Below are positions 45,860 through 55,246 of a stretch of 64,000 bases of DNA, in pieces. Each line of letters begins with the position of its first letter. The stretch's first letter is position 1. Source of the stretch: an uncultured Sphingomonas sp. (GTDB taxonomy: Bacteria > Pseudomonadota > Alphaproteobacteria > Sphingomonadales > Sphingomonadaceae); NCBI RefSeq assembly GCF_964021865.1, contig NZ_CAXIAM010000011.1, positions 1,087 to 65,086 of the forward strand, read 5' to 3'. The position numbers and the translations under genes are program-made. Under the pieces are notes generated by a model. That model was given only the letters and a program-made list of their open reading frames with translations, ran no database searches and had not been told where the DNA came from.

Positions 45860-46834
45860 ATGACCATGCTCGACACCCCAACCGCCCCCGATACCGCAGC
45901 CGTGCCGACGCTCAGCCTCGCCGATCAGACACACGATCCCGACGCCTTCGCCGCCGCGCTGGGCGGGTCGTTCGAACGGTTCGGGTTCGCGATCGTCGCT
46001 GATCATGGCGTGCCCCAGCCGCTGATCGACCGTGCCTGGGCGGAAACCGCCGAGCTGTTCGCGCTGACCGAGGAAGAAAAGCGCCGCTATCACACGCCGG
46101 GCGGCGGCGGTGCGCGCGGGTACACCCCGTTCAAGACCGAGATCGCCAAGGACGCGCGCCACGTTGACCTCAAGGAATTCTGGCACGTCGGGCGCGAGCT
46201 GCCGCAGGGTCATCGCTACGCCGCCGAAATGGCCCCCAATATGTGGCCCGAACGCCCGGCCGGCTTCCGCGATACCTTCATCGAGCTGTTCGCGGCGTTC
46301 GACCGTGCCGGCGACCGGCTGTTGTCCGCGATCGCACGCCATCTCGGCCTTGCGCCCGACTGGTTCGACCCGGCGGTCAAGGACGGCAATTCGGTGCTGC
46401 GCCTGCTCCACTATCCGCCGATCCCCGCCGATGCGGAGGGGGTGCGCGCCGGCGCGCACGAGGATATTAACCTCATCACGCTGCTGCTCGGCGCCGAGGA
46501 GGCCGGGCTCGAGCTGCTCGATCGCGCCACGGGTCAGTGGCTCGCGGTCAAGCCGCCGGAGGGCGCGATGGTCGTCAACGTCGGCGACATGCTGCAGCGG
46601 CTGACCAACCACGTCCTGCCGTCGACCACGCACCGCGTCGTCAACCCGCCGCCCGAGCGCCGCGGCCACTCGCGCTACTCGATGCCGTTCTTCCTGCACC
46701 CCGCGCCCGATTTCCTGATCGAAACGCTGCCGCAGACGATCACCGCCGCGAACCCGAACCGCTACCCCGAGCCGATCACCGCCAACGGTTACCTGCACCA
46801 GCGGCTGGTCGAGATCGGGCTCATCAAGGCATGA
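45860..46834 (+). CDS. 2-oxoglutarate/Fe(II)-dependent oxygenase (isopenicillin N synthase family)
   Basis: HEDINLITLL (HxD) ... LPSTTHRV (distal His/Arg) motifs. Confidence 0.88.
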   Translation: MTMLDTPTAPDTAAVPTLSLADQTHDPDAFAAALGGSFERFGFAIVADHGVPQPLIDRAWAETAELFALTEEEKRRYHTPGGGGARGYTPFKTEIAKDARHVDLKEFWHVGRELPQGHRYAAEMAPNMWPERPAGFRDTFIELFAAFDRAGDRLLSAIARHLGLAPDWFDPAVKDGNSVLRLLHYPPIPADAEGVRAGAHEDINLITLLLGAEEAGLELLDRATGQWLAVKPPEGAMVVNVGDMLQRLTNHVLPSTTHRVVNPPPERRGHSRYSMPFFLHPAPDFLIETLPQTITAANPNRYPEPITANGYLHQRLVEIGLIKA

Positions 46835-47073
46835 GGGACCTGTCCGGGATCATCAGCGGCGCGATCCGCCTCGATACCGATGCGGACGTGTCGGGGATCG
46901 TCAGCGGCGACATCGTCGTGGCGACCGATTGTCGCGTCACGATCTCGGGCATGGTGCGCGGCGACGTGACCGCCGAGCCGGGGGCCGAGGTGACGATCAC
47001 CGGCATCGTCAACGGCGCGGTCCATGCCGAGGGCGCAACCGTGCATGTGACGGGGATCGTGACGCTGCGGTGA
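46831..47073 (+). CDS. 80-aa beta-helix-repeat protein (bactofilin/polymer-forming-cytoskeletal-like)
   Basis: Four to five 17-18-aa repeats of the form [ST]G[IM]V.G[DA][IV]. The ATG at 46831 overlaps the oxygenase stop (ATGA). Confidence 0.6.
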   Translation: MRDLSGIISGAIRLDTDADVSGIVSGDIVVATDCRVTISGMVRGDVTAEPGAEVTITGIVNGAVHAEGATVHVTGIVTLR

Positions 47074-47077
47074 GCGA

Positions 47078-47120
47078 GCGTCCGTCATTGCGAGCGTAGC
47101 GACGCAATGACGTCGGACGC
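47078..47120. repeat. Palindromic hairpin repeat GCGTCC-GTCATTGCG-loop-CGCAATGAC-GTC-GGACGC
   Basis: A 9-bp core stem plus a 6-bp outer stem, read directly. Fills the 47-nt convergent junction. The motif CATTGCGAGCG.AGCGACGCAATG is a common alphaproteobacterial repeat (from memory). Confidence 0.6.
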
Positions 47121-47642
47121 TTAGGCCGTCCGCTCCGGTACCGCCGCGGCATCCGCGGCGATCGACGTCGCCGGCGCCAGCGCTTCCCACGGGAACACGA
47201 ACCAGTCCTTGGTCACCGCGCGGTCGATCGTGCGCGCCGCAAGGTCGACCTTCGCCGCCGAGCCGCGATTGTCGATCAGCGTCGCGAAGCGCATCGCCCC
47301 CGCGGTCGCGCCCGCCTGCTCCAGCAACTCGCGCAGCTTCGCGATGGTGCGGCCCGAATCATTGATGTCGTCGACGAACAGCAGCTTCTGGCCCTCCCGG
47401 GTCAGCATCGCCAGCCGTTCGATCACGGGTGCGGCACGCGTCGCGTCCTGCGTCGAATAATCCACCGACTGCATCGGCAGCCCGGCCGCATGGCTGAGGT
47501 ACACCGCGGGCACCAGTCCGCCGCGTCCTATCCCCACCAGCAGGTCGGGGCGCCAGGCGGTGTCGCGCGCGATCTTCGCGGCGAGCGTCCGGACATCGGC
47601 AATCAATTCGGCATGGGTGACGGCGGTAAGGATCGGCATCAC
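47121..47642 (-). CDS. Phosphoribosyltransferase (purine PRT-like)
   Basis: PRPP-binding loop KLLFVDDINDSGRT. Confidence 0.85.
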   Translation of the reverse strand: MMPILTAVTHAELIADVRTLAAKIARDTAWRPDLLVGIGRGGLVPAVYLSHAAGLPMQSVDYSTQDATRAAPVIERLAMLTREGQKLLFVDDINDSGRTIAKLRELLEQAGATAGAMRFATLIDNRGSAAKVDLAARTIDRAVTKDWFVFPWEALAPATSIAADAAAVPERTA

Positions 47643-47686
47643 GATCCCCTACACGACCGCCGCCGCCATGCCATAGCCCGCGCCGG

Positions 47687-48850
47687 CTATTTTCCGTCGA
47701 AGCCGCTCGGCGCCGGCGACACCGTCACCGCCTCGCCCCCGCGAACTTCCTGTACCTCCAGCGCGCGCTCGGCGACATTGTCGCGACCGAAGCGGAACGC
47801 GCCGTCGATCCCCGCGAACCCGTCCGCGTCGCGCAGCCGGCCTTCGGGAAAGGGCGAGCCCGGTCGCCACTCGCGCGCGATCCGCACGACCAGCAACACC
47901 GAATCATAGCCGAGGCTCGACAACCGGTACGGCGCGGCATTGAAGCGCGCGCGATAATTTCGCGCATATTGGCGATACAGCGTGTTCGGCACGCTCGCGA
48001 ACCACGCGCCGTTCAGCACCGCCGACGATCGCGCCGCGCCGTCCGAATTCCACAGCTCGGTGCCCAGGATCTGCGTCGACGGGCTGTTGCGCCGGATCAG
48101 CGGCACCGCCGCGGTCGCGGTCGCCGCGCTGTCGGCGATCAGCACCGCCCCGAACGGCGCATCCTTGGCCATCCGCTGCACCGCGCTGCCCAGCGCGCCG
48201 CTGCCGCGGTCATAGGTCTGGAGCGACACCACGCGCCCGCCGGCCTGCTCGACCGCGCGCAGGAACGCGGTCGAGGCGCGGCTGCCGTACAGCGCATTGG
48301 GGACAATCCCGCCGAAATTGTCGATCCCGCGCCCGCGGGCATAAGCGACGACGCGCTCGATCGCCTGCGCCGGCGCATAGCCGAGCACATAGGCACCGTT
48401 GCCCGCCACGCCGGTATCGTTCGAGAACGACAGCACCGGCACCTTCGCCGCGCGCGCGATCGGCGCGACCGCGCGGACGTCCTCCGCGAGCAGCGGCCCG
48501 AGGATCAGCTGCGCGCCCTCGCGGATTGCGCGGCTCGCCGCCGCTGCCGCACCGGTCGCGGTGTCATAGCTGGTGATCCGCACCTGCTGGTTGCGCGTGT
48601 CGAGCAGCGCGAGCTGCGTCGCATTGGCCAGGCTGCGCCCGACCCCGGCGTTGCTGCCCGTCAGCGGCACCAGCAGCGCGACGCGGTTGCGTGCGGCGTC
48701 CTGCGGCAACCCGGTCACCACCTCCGGCGCGGTCTCGCGCGGCGGCGGCGCCGGCTGTGCGCTGGGTGCGGGCTGCACCGGCCCGCGCGGCACCACCGTC
48801 GAACAGGCCGCGAGCAACAGCGCCCCCGCGACCGTGATGACGCGCGACAT
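47687..48850 (-). CDS. Penicillin-binding protein activator LpoA-like lipoprotein (type 1 periplasmic-binding fold)
   Basis: Lipobox ALLLAAC. Leu/Ile/Val-binding-protein-like body. Divergent from rsmI as in E. coli lpoA. Confidence 0.8.
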   Translation of the reverse strand: MSRVITVAGALLLAACSTVVPRGPVQPAPSAQPAPPPRETAPEVVTGLPQDAARNRVALLVPLTGSNAGVGRSLANATQLALLDTRNQQVRITSYDTATGAAAAASRAIREGAQLILGPLLAEDVRAVAPIARAAKVPVLSFSNDTGVAGNGAYVLGYAPAQAIERVVAYARGRGIDNFGGIVPNALYGSRASTAFLRAVEQAGGRVVSLQTYDRGSGALGSAVQRMAKDAPFGAVLIADSAATATAAVPLIRRNSPSTQILGTELWNSDGAARSSAVLNGAWFASVPNTLYRQYARNYRARFNAAPYRLSSLGYDSVLLVVRIAREWRPGSPFPEGRLRDADGFAGIDGAFRFGRDNVAERALEVQEVRGGEAVTVSPAPSGFDGK

Positions 48851-48887
48851 TGCGCTCGACCATTGCGAACGCCCGATCGCCTCTGCC

Positions 48888-49733
48888 ATGACTACTCCCG
48901 TGAACCCGTTGACCCCCGGCCTGTACATCGTCGCCACCCCGATCGGCAATCTCGGCGATCTCTCCCCCCGCGCCGCCGAGGTGCTGGCGGGGGCGGACGT
49001 GATCGCGGTGGAGGATACGCGCGTCACCGCCGGATTGCTCCGCCACATCGGCACGAAGCGCCCGATGACGCCTTATCACGACCATAATGCCGAGCATGTC
49101 CGCCCGCAGCTGATCGCGCGGATGGCCAGCGAGGTGGTGGCGCTGGTCTCGGACGCGGGCACCCCGCTGATCTCCGATCCCGGGTACAAGCTGGTGCGTG
49201 ACGCGCGGGCGGCGGGGCATCAGGTCGTCACCATCCCCGGCCCGTGCGCCGCGATCGCCGCGCTGACGCTCGCCGGGTTGCCGACCGACCGCTTCTTCTT
49301 CCTCGGCTTCCTGCCGGCCAAGGAACAGGCACGCGCGACCGCCATCGCCGAGGTGGCGGCAGTACGCGCGACGCTGGTGATCTACGAATCCGGACCGCGC
49401 CTGTCGGCGTGCCTGTCCGCGCTCGCGGCCGGGCTCGGCGATCGCGAGGCGGCGGTGACGCGCGAGATCACGAAGAAATTCGAGGAGGCGGTTACCGGCA
49501 CGCTCTCGACGCTTGCCGCGCGCTATGCCGATGCGCCGCCCAAGGGCGAGATCGTTGTCGTCGTCGCGCCCCCCGACCCACCCGCGCCGGCCGCGATCGA
49601 AGATGCGGATGCGGCACTCGCCGAGGCGCTTACCCGCCTCCCCGCGTCCAAGGCGGCGGGCGAGGTCGCCAAGGCGTTCGGCGTCGACCGCAAGGCGCTC
49701 TACGCCCGCGCGCTGGAGATGAAGGGCGAGTGA
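48888..49733 (+). CDS. rsmI: 16S rRNA (cytidine1402-2'-O)-methyltransferase
   Basis: GLYIVATPIGNLGDLSPRA...AVEDTR...SDAGTPLISDPGYKLV... Confidence 0.93.
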   Translation: MTTPVNPLTPGLYIVATPIGNLGDLSPRAAEVLAGADVIAVEDTRVTAGLLRHIGTKRPMTPYHDHNAEHVRPQLIARMASEVVALVSDAGTPLISDPGYKLVRDARAAGHQVVTIPGPCAAIAALTLAGLPTDRFFFLGFLPAKEQARATAIAEVAAVRATLVIYESGPRLSACLSALAAGLGDREAAVTREITKKFEEAVTGTLSTLAARYADAPPKGEIVVVVAPPDPPAPAAIEDADAALAEALTRLPASKAAGEVAKAFGVDRKALYARALEMKGE

Positions 49734-49742
49734 GCCGATGTC

Positions 49743-49766
49743 GCGCCCGACCGTCAGGCCGGGCGC
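49743..49766. terminator. GC hairpin (GCGCCCG / CGGGCGC) in the 42-nt convergent junction rsmI / TBDR
   Basis: Stem read directly. No clear U tract. Confidence 0.3.
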
Positions 49767-49775
49767 GATCGCGGA

Positions 49776-52700
49776 TCAGAAGTTGGCGCTGACCGAGAAC
49801 TGGATGTACCGGCCATAGATGTCATAGAAATTGACGGGCGAATTCTGCCAGCCGTTGATGGAATAGGTGTTGTTGCCGCCCCGCGCCGGGATGATCGGCG
49901 GATCCTTGTCGAGCAGGTTGTTGATCGCGACGCCCAGGGTCATGCGCTTGGCGATATTCACGTTCGCCGCCAGATCGAAGTAGCTATAGGCCGGAATCCG
50001 CGCGAACGTATTCTGCACCTGCCCCTTCAGCAGCGTTCCGCTGCGCGTGGCCGAGATGTAGCGCCAGTTGCCCGAAATCTGGAACAGCCCGTCCTGCCCG
50101 GTCAGGGTCGCGCGCAGGTTGTGCCGCCACTTGGGGATCGGATTGCCCACGCCATCGCCGAAATAGCCGACGCTGCCGCTCTGGTTTGACACGGAGGCTG
50201 CACTGGTGACCAGCCCGCCGTTGAAGTCGGCCGCCAAGCTGCCGACCGACCTGACCGGAAGGTCGTAATGCGCCTGGAAGTCATAGCCGGTCGTGCCGAT
50301 CTTGTTGGGCACGTTGAGCACCAGCGAGCTGAGATAGCCGTTGCTCGGGCTGTCGACACTGCCGAACAGCGTGCCGTTGCCGTTGCGGACGAACTGCTGG
50401 CACGAAATGCGGTTCAGGTCGCTGGGATCGGTCGCATAGGCGATGCAGTTGTTGACGATCGTGTCCTGATCCAGCCCGACGATCTGGTTGGTGTAGCGGA
50501 TTTCGTACCGATCGACCGACAGGCTGAAGCGCGGCAGGAAGCGCGGCGTCACCACAAGACCGTAGGTCAGGGTGTTGGCGGTTTGCGGCCCCAGCTTCGG
50601 ATCGACCGCCCCGGTACGATAGAGACAGCCCGCGTCGGGGCAGACCAGCGCGGCGCTGCCATAGGTCGATGGCTGGAATCCCGGCTGCAGCGCGCAGGCC
50701 GATTGGCTGGCCAGCGGCGCACCGCCGTTCGGGTTGGCCCCGCACGGATCGACGAAGTTGATGTTGCGGTTGTAGTTGATGCTCTCGGTCGCCTCGAACA
50801 CGTTCGGCGCGCGCGAGGCGAAATTGCGCGCGACGCGGAACCGGATGTCCTCCACCGGCGCCCAGGTGCCCTCCAGCTTCCACGTGCTGAAGAAGGTCCG
50901 CGTCGAGGTATCGTAGTTGGACGCGCGATAGCCGCCGCTGAAGCCCAGCAGGTGCGTCCACGACTGGTCCTGGATCAGCGGGATCTGGATTTCGCCGGCC
51001 AGCTCCTTGGCGGTCTGCGTGCCGCGCGACGACGATGACGGGTTGGGCGTGCCCTGGATGATCGAATTATAGTCGGCGCTGGTGAAGTTCGTCGCGACGT
51101 CGCGGCGGAACTCGGCACTCAGGCTGATCTGCACGCCGTCGGTCGCCAGCGGCGAGCGGACGCCGTAATGGCCCAGGTCGCCGCTCAGGTTCGCCTGCAC
51201 GTCGGCGAAATAGCTCACGTTCCGGGTCGGCCCGTTCGGCGCATACTGGAAGATGTAGTTGTACGCGGCCGGATCGCCCGAATTGCCGCGGAAGATGTCG
51301 AGCGGCACGCAATTGGGGTCGGTGCCGTTGACCTTGGACACGCACGTCGGCACGCCGTTGACGTTGACGACGTTGAGCGCCCTGGCGATGTTGGTCGCCG
51401 ACGGGTCCCAGTTGCGGTTGATCGCGCTGCCCACGATCGCCTTCGCCCACACGCCGCCGACGTCATAGTGCCACGCCTCGGCGAAGTCGCCGCGGACGCC
51501 CAGTGTTGCGCGATTATAGACCTGACGATAGTCGATCGTGCGGGTCGGGAAGCGGGCGAAGCGATAGCCGAAGTCGATCGGCACCGTCGCCGACGTGCCC
51601 GCCTGCGCGCCGCACAGCACCTGCGCTTGCTGCGCCGACATCAGCGGGTTGTTGCAGTTCAGCTGATAGCCGTCGTCGCCGTTCATCCCCTCGCCGATCG
51701 TCGCCGGGATGTACGTGCCCTGGCTGGTGTTGCGGGTGTACATGAAGCTGCCGTACAGTTCGGCCCAGTCGGTCGCCTTGAACGACAGGAAGCCGCCGGC
51801 ATTGTAGCGTTCGTTGCCGCGCAGCATCTGATAGCTGCTGTCCATGCGGTTTTGACGGTCGGTGGTCGCGTTCTGGGTGTTGCTGTAGGGGCGGAACACG
51901 CGGCTATCGCCATCGCGCGCATTGGTCTGCGGCGTACCGCCCAGCTTGTAGATATAGCCGAACCGCGAATAGAGCGTGCTGTCGCAGCTCAGCGCACCGT
52001 CGATGCCCGCCTGCAACAGGTGGCAGGCCTGCGTCGAACGCGACGTGTAGGGCAGATTGTCGGTATGGCGGTAGCTGAAATAGCCGGTCAGCGACAGGCG
52101 ATCGTCGAACAGCCGCGTACCGGCGGCGACGTTGATCGTCGCGCGCGCGCCGTCGTTGGTCAGCCCCAGCGGCACGTCGAACCCGCGTGACTGCGCGGTG
52201 GCGGTCACGATGTTGCGCCGGTTCATATGGTTGAAGAAGCCGTAATTGGCGTCGACCTGGACGCCCTTGAAATCTTTCTTCAGCACGAAGTTGACCACGC
52301 CGGTCAGCGCGTCGGGGCCATAGACTGCGGCGGCGCCGCCGGTCAGCACGTCGACCCGCTGCACCAAGGCCGGCGGGATGGCATTGACGTCGGTGGCCAC
52401 CTGGCCGCCCAGTCGCTGCCCGTCCAGCAGGACCAGCGCCGCGGCGCCCGACCCGCCGATGTTGCGCAGGCTGACCCGCGCGGTGCCGTTGCCCTCGTCG
52501 TCGGCCTGAGGATTGTACGGCACGACCTGCGGAAGGCGGTTCAGCACATCTTCGATGTTGACCGCGGCGCTGAGCTTTATCTCCTGCGCGGAAATCGCCT
52601 GGATCGGCGCGGCCGAGGCGAGGTTCGGATTGACGATCCGCGAGCCGGTGACGACGACGTCGCCCGATCCGGTGTCCGATGACTGGCTGCGTTTGTCGGC

Positions 52701-52856
52701 GTCCAGCCGCGCATCCTCGCGCTCGGCATTCTGCCGGCTCTCGCTCTTGGCGGCATCGGCGCCCGTATCGACTGCCTGGCCGGCCTGTGCAGCGGCAGGT
52801 GCCGCGCATGCAATGGCAAGCGAGCTTGCCGCCACAAGAAAAGCAACGTTTCTCAA
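49776..52856 (-). CDS. TonB-dependent receptor (1026 aa)
   Basis: Signal peptide, TonB box/plug (DVVVTGSRI, ...NIEDVLNRLPQV), a long beta-barrel and a C-terminal ...QFSVSANF. TTG start after GGGGGGA. Confidence 0.93.
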   Translation of the reverse strand: MRNVAFLVAASSLAIACAAPAAAQAGQAVDTGADAAKSESRQNAEREDARLDADKRSQSSDTGSGDVVVTGSRIVNPNLASAAPIQAISAQEIKLSAAVNIEDVLNRLPQVVPYNPQADDEGNGTARVSLRNIGGSGAAALVLLDGQRLGGQVATDVNAIPPALVQRVDVLTGGAAAVYGPDALTGVVNFVLKKDFKGVQVDANYGFFNHMNRRNIVTATAQSRGFDVPLGLTNDGARATINVAAGTRLFDDRLSLTGYFSYRHTDNLPYTSRSTQACHLLQAGIDGALSCDSTLYSRFGYIYKLGGTPQTNARDGDSRVFRPYSNTQNATTDRQNRMDSSYQMLRGNERYNAGGFLSFKATDWAELYGSFMYTRNTSQGTYIPATIGEGMNGDDGYQLNCNNPLMSAQQAQVLCGAQAGTSATVPIDFGYRFARFPTRTIDYRQVYNRATLGVRGDFAEAWHYDVGGVWAKAIVGSAINRNWDPSATNIARALNVVNVNGVPTCVSKVNGTDPNCVPLDIFRGNSGDPAAYNYIFQYAPNGPTRNVSYFADVQANLSGDLGHYGVRSPLATDGVQISLSAEFRRDVATNFTSADYNSIIQGTPNPSSSSRGTQTAKELAGEIQIPLIQDQSWTHLLGFSGGYRASNYDTSTRTFFSTWKLEGTWAPVEDIRFRVARNFASRAPNVFEATESINYNRNINFVDPCGANPNGGAPLASQSACALQPGFQPSTYGSAALVCPDAGCLYRTGAVDPKLGPQTANTLTYGLVVTPRFLPRFSLSVDRYEIRYTNQIVGLDQDTIVNNCIAYATDPSDLNRISCQQFVRNGNGTLFGSVDSPSNGYLSSLVLNVPNKIGTTGYDFQAHYDLPVRSVGSLAADFNGGLVTSAASVSNQSGSVGYFGDGVGNPIPKWRHNLRATLTGQDGLFQISGNWRYISATRSGTLLKGQVQNTFARIPAYSYFDLAANVNIAKRMTLGVAINNLLDKDPPIIPARGGNNTYSINGWQNSPVNFYDIYGRYIQFSVSANF

Positions 52857-52965
52857 GTAATTATCCCCCCGTTTGAGCTTTGCAGCTCGTCCCCGTGTCG
52901 GCGGGCAGCGACTTTACGCCTTCCCGCTCTTTTATCAGTACAAACTCTTTTTGCGGACTTGGCAA

Positions 52966-52978
52966 TGGTACGATACCA
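52966..52978. promoter_or_regulatory. Perfect palindrome TGGTA-CGA-TACCA (extended GCAATGGTACGATACCAAATTGC, 52962-52984), a candidate GntR/HutC-type (DasR/NagR-like) operator
   Basis: Read directly in the 464-bp divergent TBDR/GH84 region. A TGGTATT half-site is also present on the minus strand at 53294-53300. Confidence 0.3.
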
Positions 52979-53320
52979 AATTGCTCAATCCTTTCCGCGT
53001 CCGCACAAGTAAGTCGTTGTTATTTCATCAATTGCCGACGAACGACTTGCGCAGTTCCATCGTCCCTGCAGACCGTTGGCAAGAACAAGCGACCTGCTCC
53101 ACCTCGTGCACTGGCACCGGCGAACGTCACATCAGCGGCTCGTCTGGCTGCATTTGACGAGCGCTTCCCGACTTCACCCCGACCGTGCGTGACGCTCGGC
53201 GGACAAGCCCGGATTTCGAAGCAAGTTCGGATGGCGGCCGGAGGGCGATGAGTGCAGTTGCCCCGACACCGGCAACACCCTACGACAATGCTTAATACCA
53301 ATGGCGTACCGGAGAACGAC

Positions 53321-55246
53321 ATGACCCGCCGCATCGGCCTGCCCCTGCTGGTCGCCACGCTCCTGTCGTCCACCCCGCTCGCCGCGCAGGTCGCGACCCG
53401 CCCCGCAATCTTCCCCGCGCCCACCGAGCTGACGCTCGGTGCCGAGACGATGGTGCTGGGCCGCCATGTCACGTTGGTCGCCGCGCCCGGCACCGACGCC
53501 GTCACCGTGGCGCTCGCCAGCCAGATCCTTCGCACCGCCGGTGTAGAGACGATCGCCACCGCGCACCGCCTCGATCGCGCGCCGACGCAGCCGCAGATCG
53601 TCCTCGGCCTCGCCGATGCCGCCATCGTCCGCACCGCGCTGGCCGGCACCACCGCCGACGCGGCGCGCGAAGGCTATACGCTGACGATCGCCCCGGCGAC
53701 GAACACGATCACGCTCGCCGGGCAAGACGCGGACGGCCTGTTCCACGCGGTCCAGACGCTCCGCCAGCTCGTCCGGCGCCCCACCCTCCCCGCGCTGGTG
53801 ATCCGCGACCACCCCGCGATGCCGGTGCGCGGGACGATCGAGGGCTTCTACGGCAAGCCCTGGACGATGGCCGAGCGCACCCGCCACCTCGACTTCCTCG
53901 CGACCGTCAAGGCCAACACCTATGTCTACAGCCCGAAGGACGATCCCTATGCGCGCGACCGCTGGCGCGAGCCCTATCCCGCCGAGACGCTGACGCAGCT
54001 CGGCACGCTGGCGGCGGCGGCGACGCGCAATCACGTCGACTTCGTCTATGCGATCTCGCCGGGGCCGAGCATCTGCTTCTCCGCCCCCGCCGATCTTCAG
54101 GCGCTGCGCACCAAGTTCGACGCACTGCGCGCGATCGGCATCCACCGCTTCTACGTCGCGCTCGACGACATCGAATATAAGAAGTGGAATTGCGACGCCG
54201 ACCAGGCCGCATTCGGCCCCTCGGGCGCGGGCGCCGCGGGCAAGGCGCAGGCGCAATTGCTCAATGCGGTGCAGGCCGACCTGACGCGCCGCGATCCCAA
54301 GGCGCCGCCGCTGATCATGGTGCCCACCGAATATTACGACGCCAAGGAGACGCCCTACAAGGCGTCGCTGCGCGACACGCTCGATCCCAGGGTGGTGGTG
54401 CAATGGACCGGCACCGATGTCGTGCCGCCCGCGATCTCGATCCCCGATGCAAAGGCCGCGACCAAGGCATTCGGACGCAAGACGCTGTTGTGGGACAATT
54501 ATCCGGTCAACGATTTTGCGCAGACCACCGGGCGGCTGCTGATGGCGCCCTATACGCGCCGCGAGGCCGGGCTGGCGGGCGAGCTGACCGGCATCCTGTC
54601 CAATCCGATGAACCAGGAAGCGCCCAGCCGCGTCGCGGTCACCGGCGTGCTGGCGTTTGCGTGGAACGACAAGGACTATGACGCGCAGCGGACGTGGCAC
54701 TGGTCGGCGCGCGAGCTGGCCGGTGGCGATCCGCACGCGACCACGGCGTTGCTGACCTTCTTCGACACGCAGCACATGGCCCCGACCTTCGGCAGCCAGC
54801 CGTGGCAGGAACAGGCCCCCCGGCTCCACGCGCTGCTCACCCGCATCCGTGAGGCACTTGCGGACGGCGACGCCGACGCGCGCGCGCAGGCGATCGCCGA
54901 CCTCACCCGCGCCGCCGACGACCTTGCCGCCGCCCCCGACACGATCCGCGCCGGCGTGGCCGACGCGTCCTTCACCGAACAGGCCCGCCCGTGGCTCGAC
55001 GCGCTCGCGCTCTGGGGCCGCTCGCTGCAACAGACCGCCGCCGGCCTCGCCGCCGCCGACGCGCGCAGCCCCGCCGCCGCGCGCTACTTCGCCGACGCGC
55101 AACGGCTGGCAGCCGAGGCGGCGGCGGTCAGGACCATCCCCGGCGCCACCCGTTTCGACGGCACGATCCGCATCGCCGATGGCGTACTCGACCGCTTCGT
55201 CGACGACGCACCCGGCCTGATCAGGGACGCTACGCCGCGACCCTAA
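53321..55246 (+). CDS. GH84 family beta-N-acetylglucosaminidase (O-GlcNAcase/hyaluronidase-like), exported
   Basis: Signal peptide. Motifs GFYGKPW, YVYSPKDDPY, the ALDDIEY catalytic Asp pair and WDNYPVND. ATG at 53321 after GGAGAA. Confidence 0.88.
   Translation: MTRRIGLPLLVATLLSSTPLAAQVATRPAIFPAPTELTLGAETMVLGRHVTLVAAPGTDAVTVALASQILRTAGVETIATAHRLDRAPTQPQIVLGLADAAIVRTALAGTTADAAREGYTLTIAPATNTITLAGQDADGLFHAVQTLRQLVRRPTLPALVIRDHPAMPVRGTIEGFYGKPWTMAERTRHLDFLATVKANTYVYSPKDDPYARDRWREPYPAETLTQLGTLAAAATRNHVDFVYAISPGPSICFSAPADLQALRTKFDALRAIGIHRFYVALDDIEYKKWNCDADQAAFGPSGAGAAGKAQAQLLNAVQADLTRRDPKAPPLIMVPTEYYDAKETPYKASLRDTLDPRVVVQWTGTDVVPPAISIPDAKAATKAFGRKTLLWDNYPVNDFAQTTGRLLMAPYTRREAGLAGELTGILSNPMNQEAPSRVAVTGVLAFAWNDKDYDAQRTWHWSARELAGGDPHATTALLTFFDTQHMAPTFGSQPWQEQAPRLHALLTRIREALADGDADARAQAIADLTRAADDLAAAPDTIRAGVADASFTEQARPWLDALALWGRSLQQTAAGLAAADARSPAAARYFADAQRLAAEAAAVRTIPGATRFDGTIRIADGVLDRFVDDAPGLIRDATPRP

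Noticed and set aside
52960-52976. TGGCA motif as a possible sigma54 -24 element
   Set aside because: No TTGC -12 element lies at the required spacing. The TGGTA/TACCA dyad explains the sequence better.
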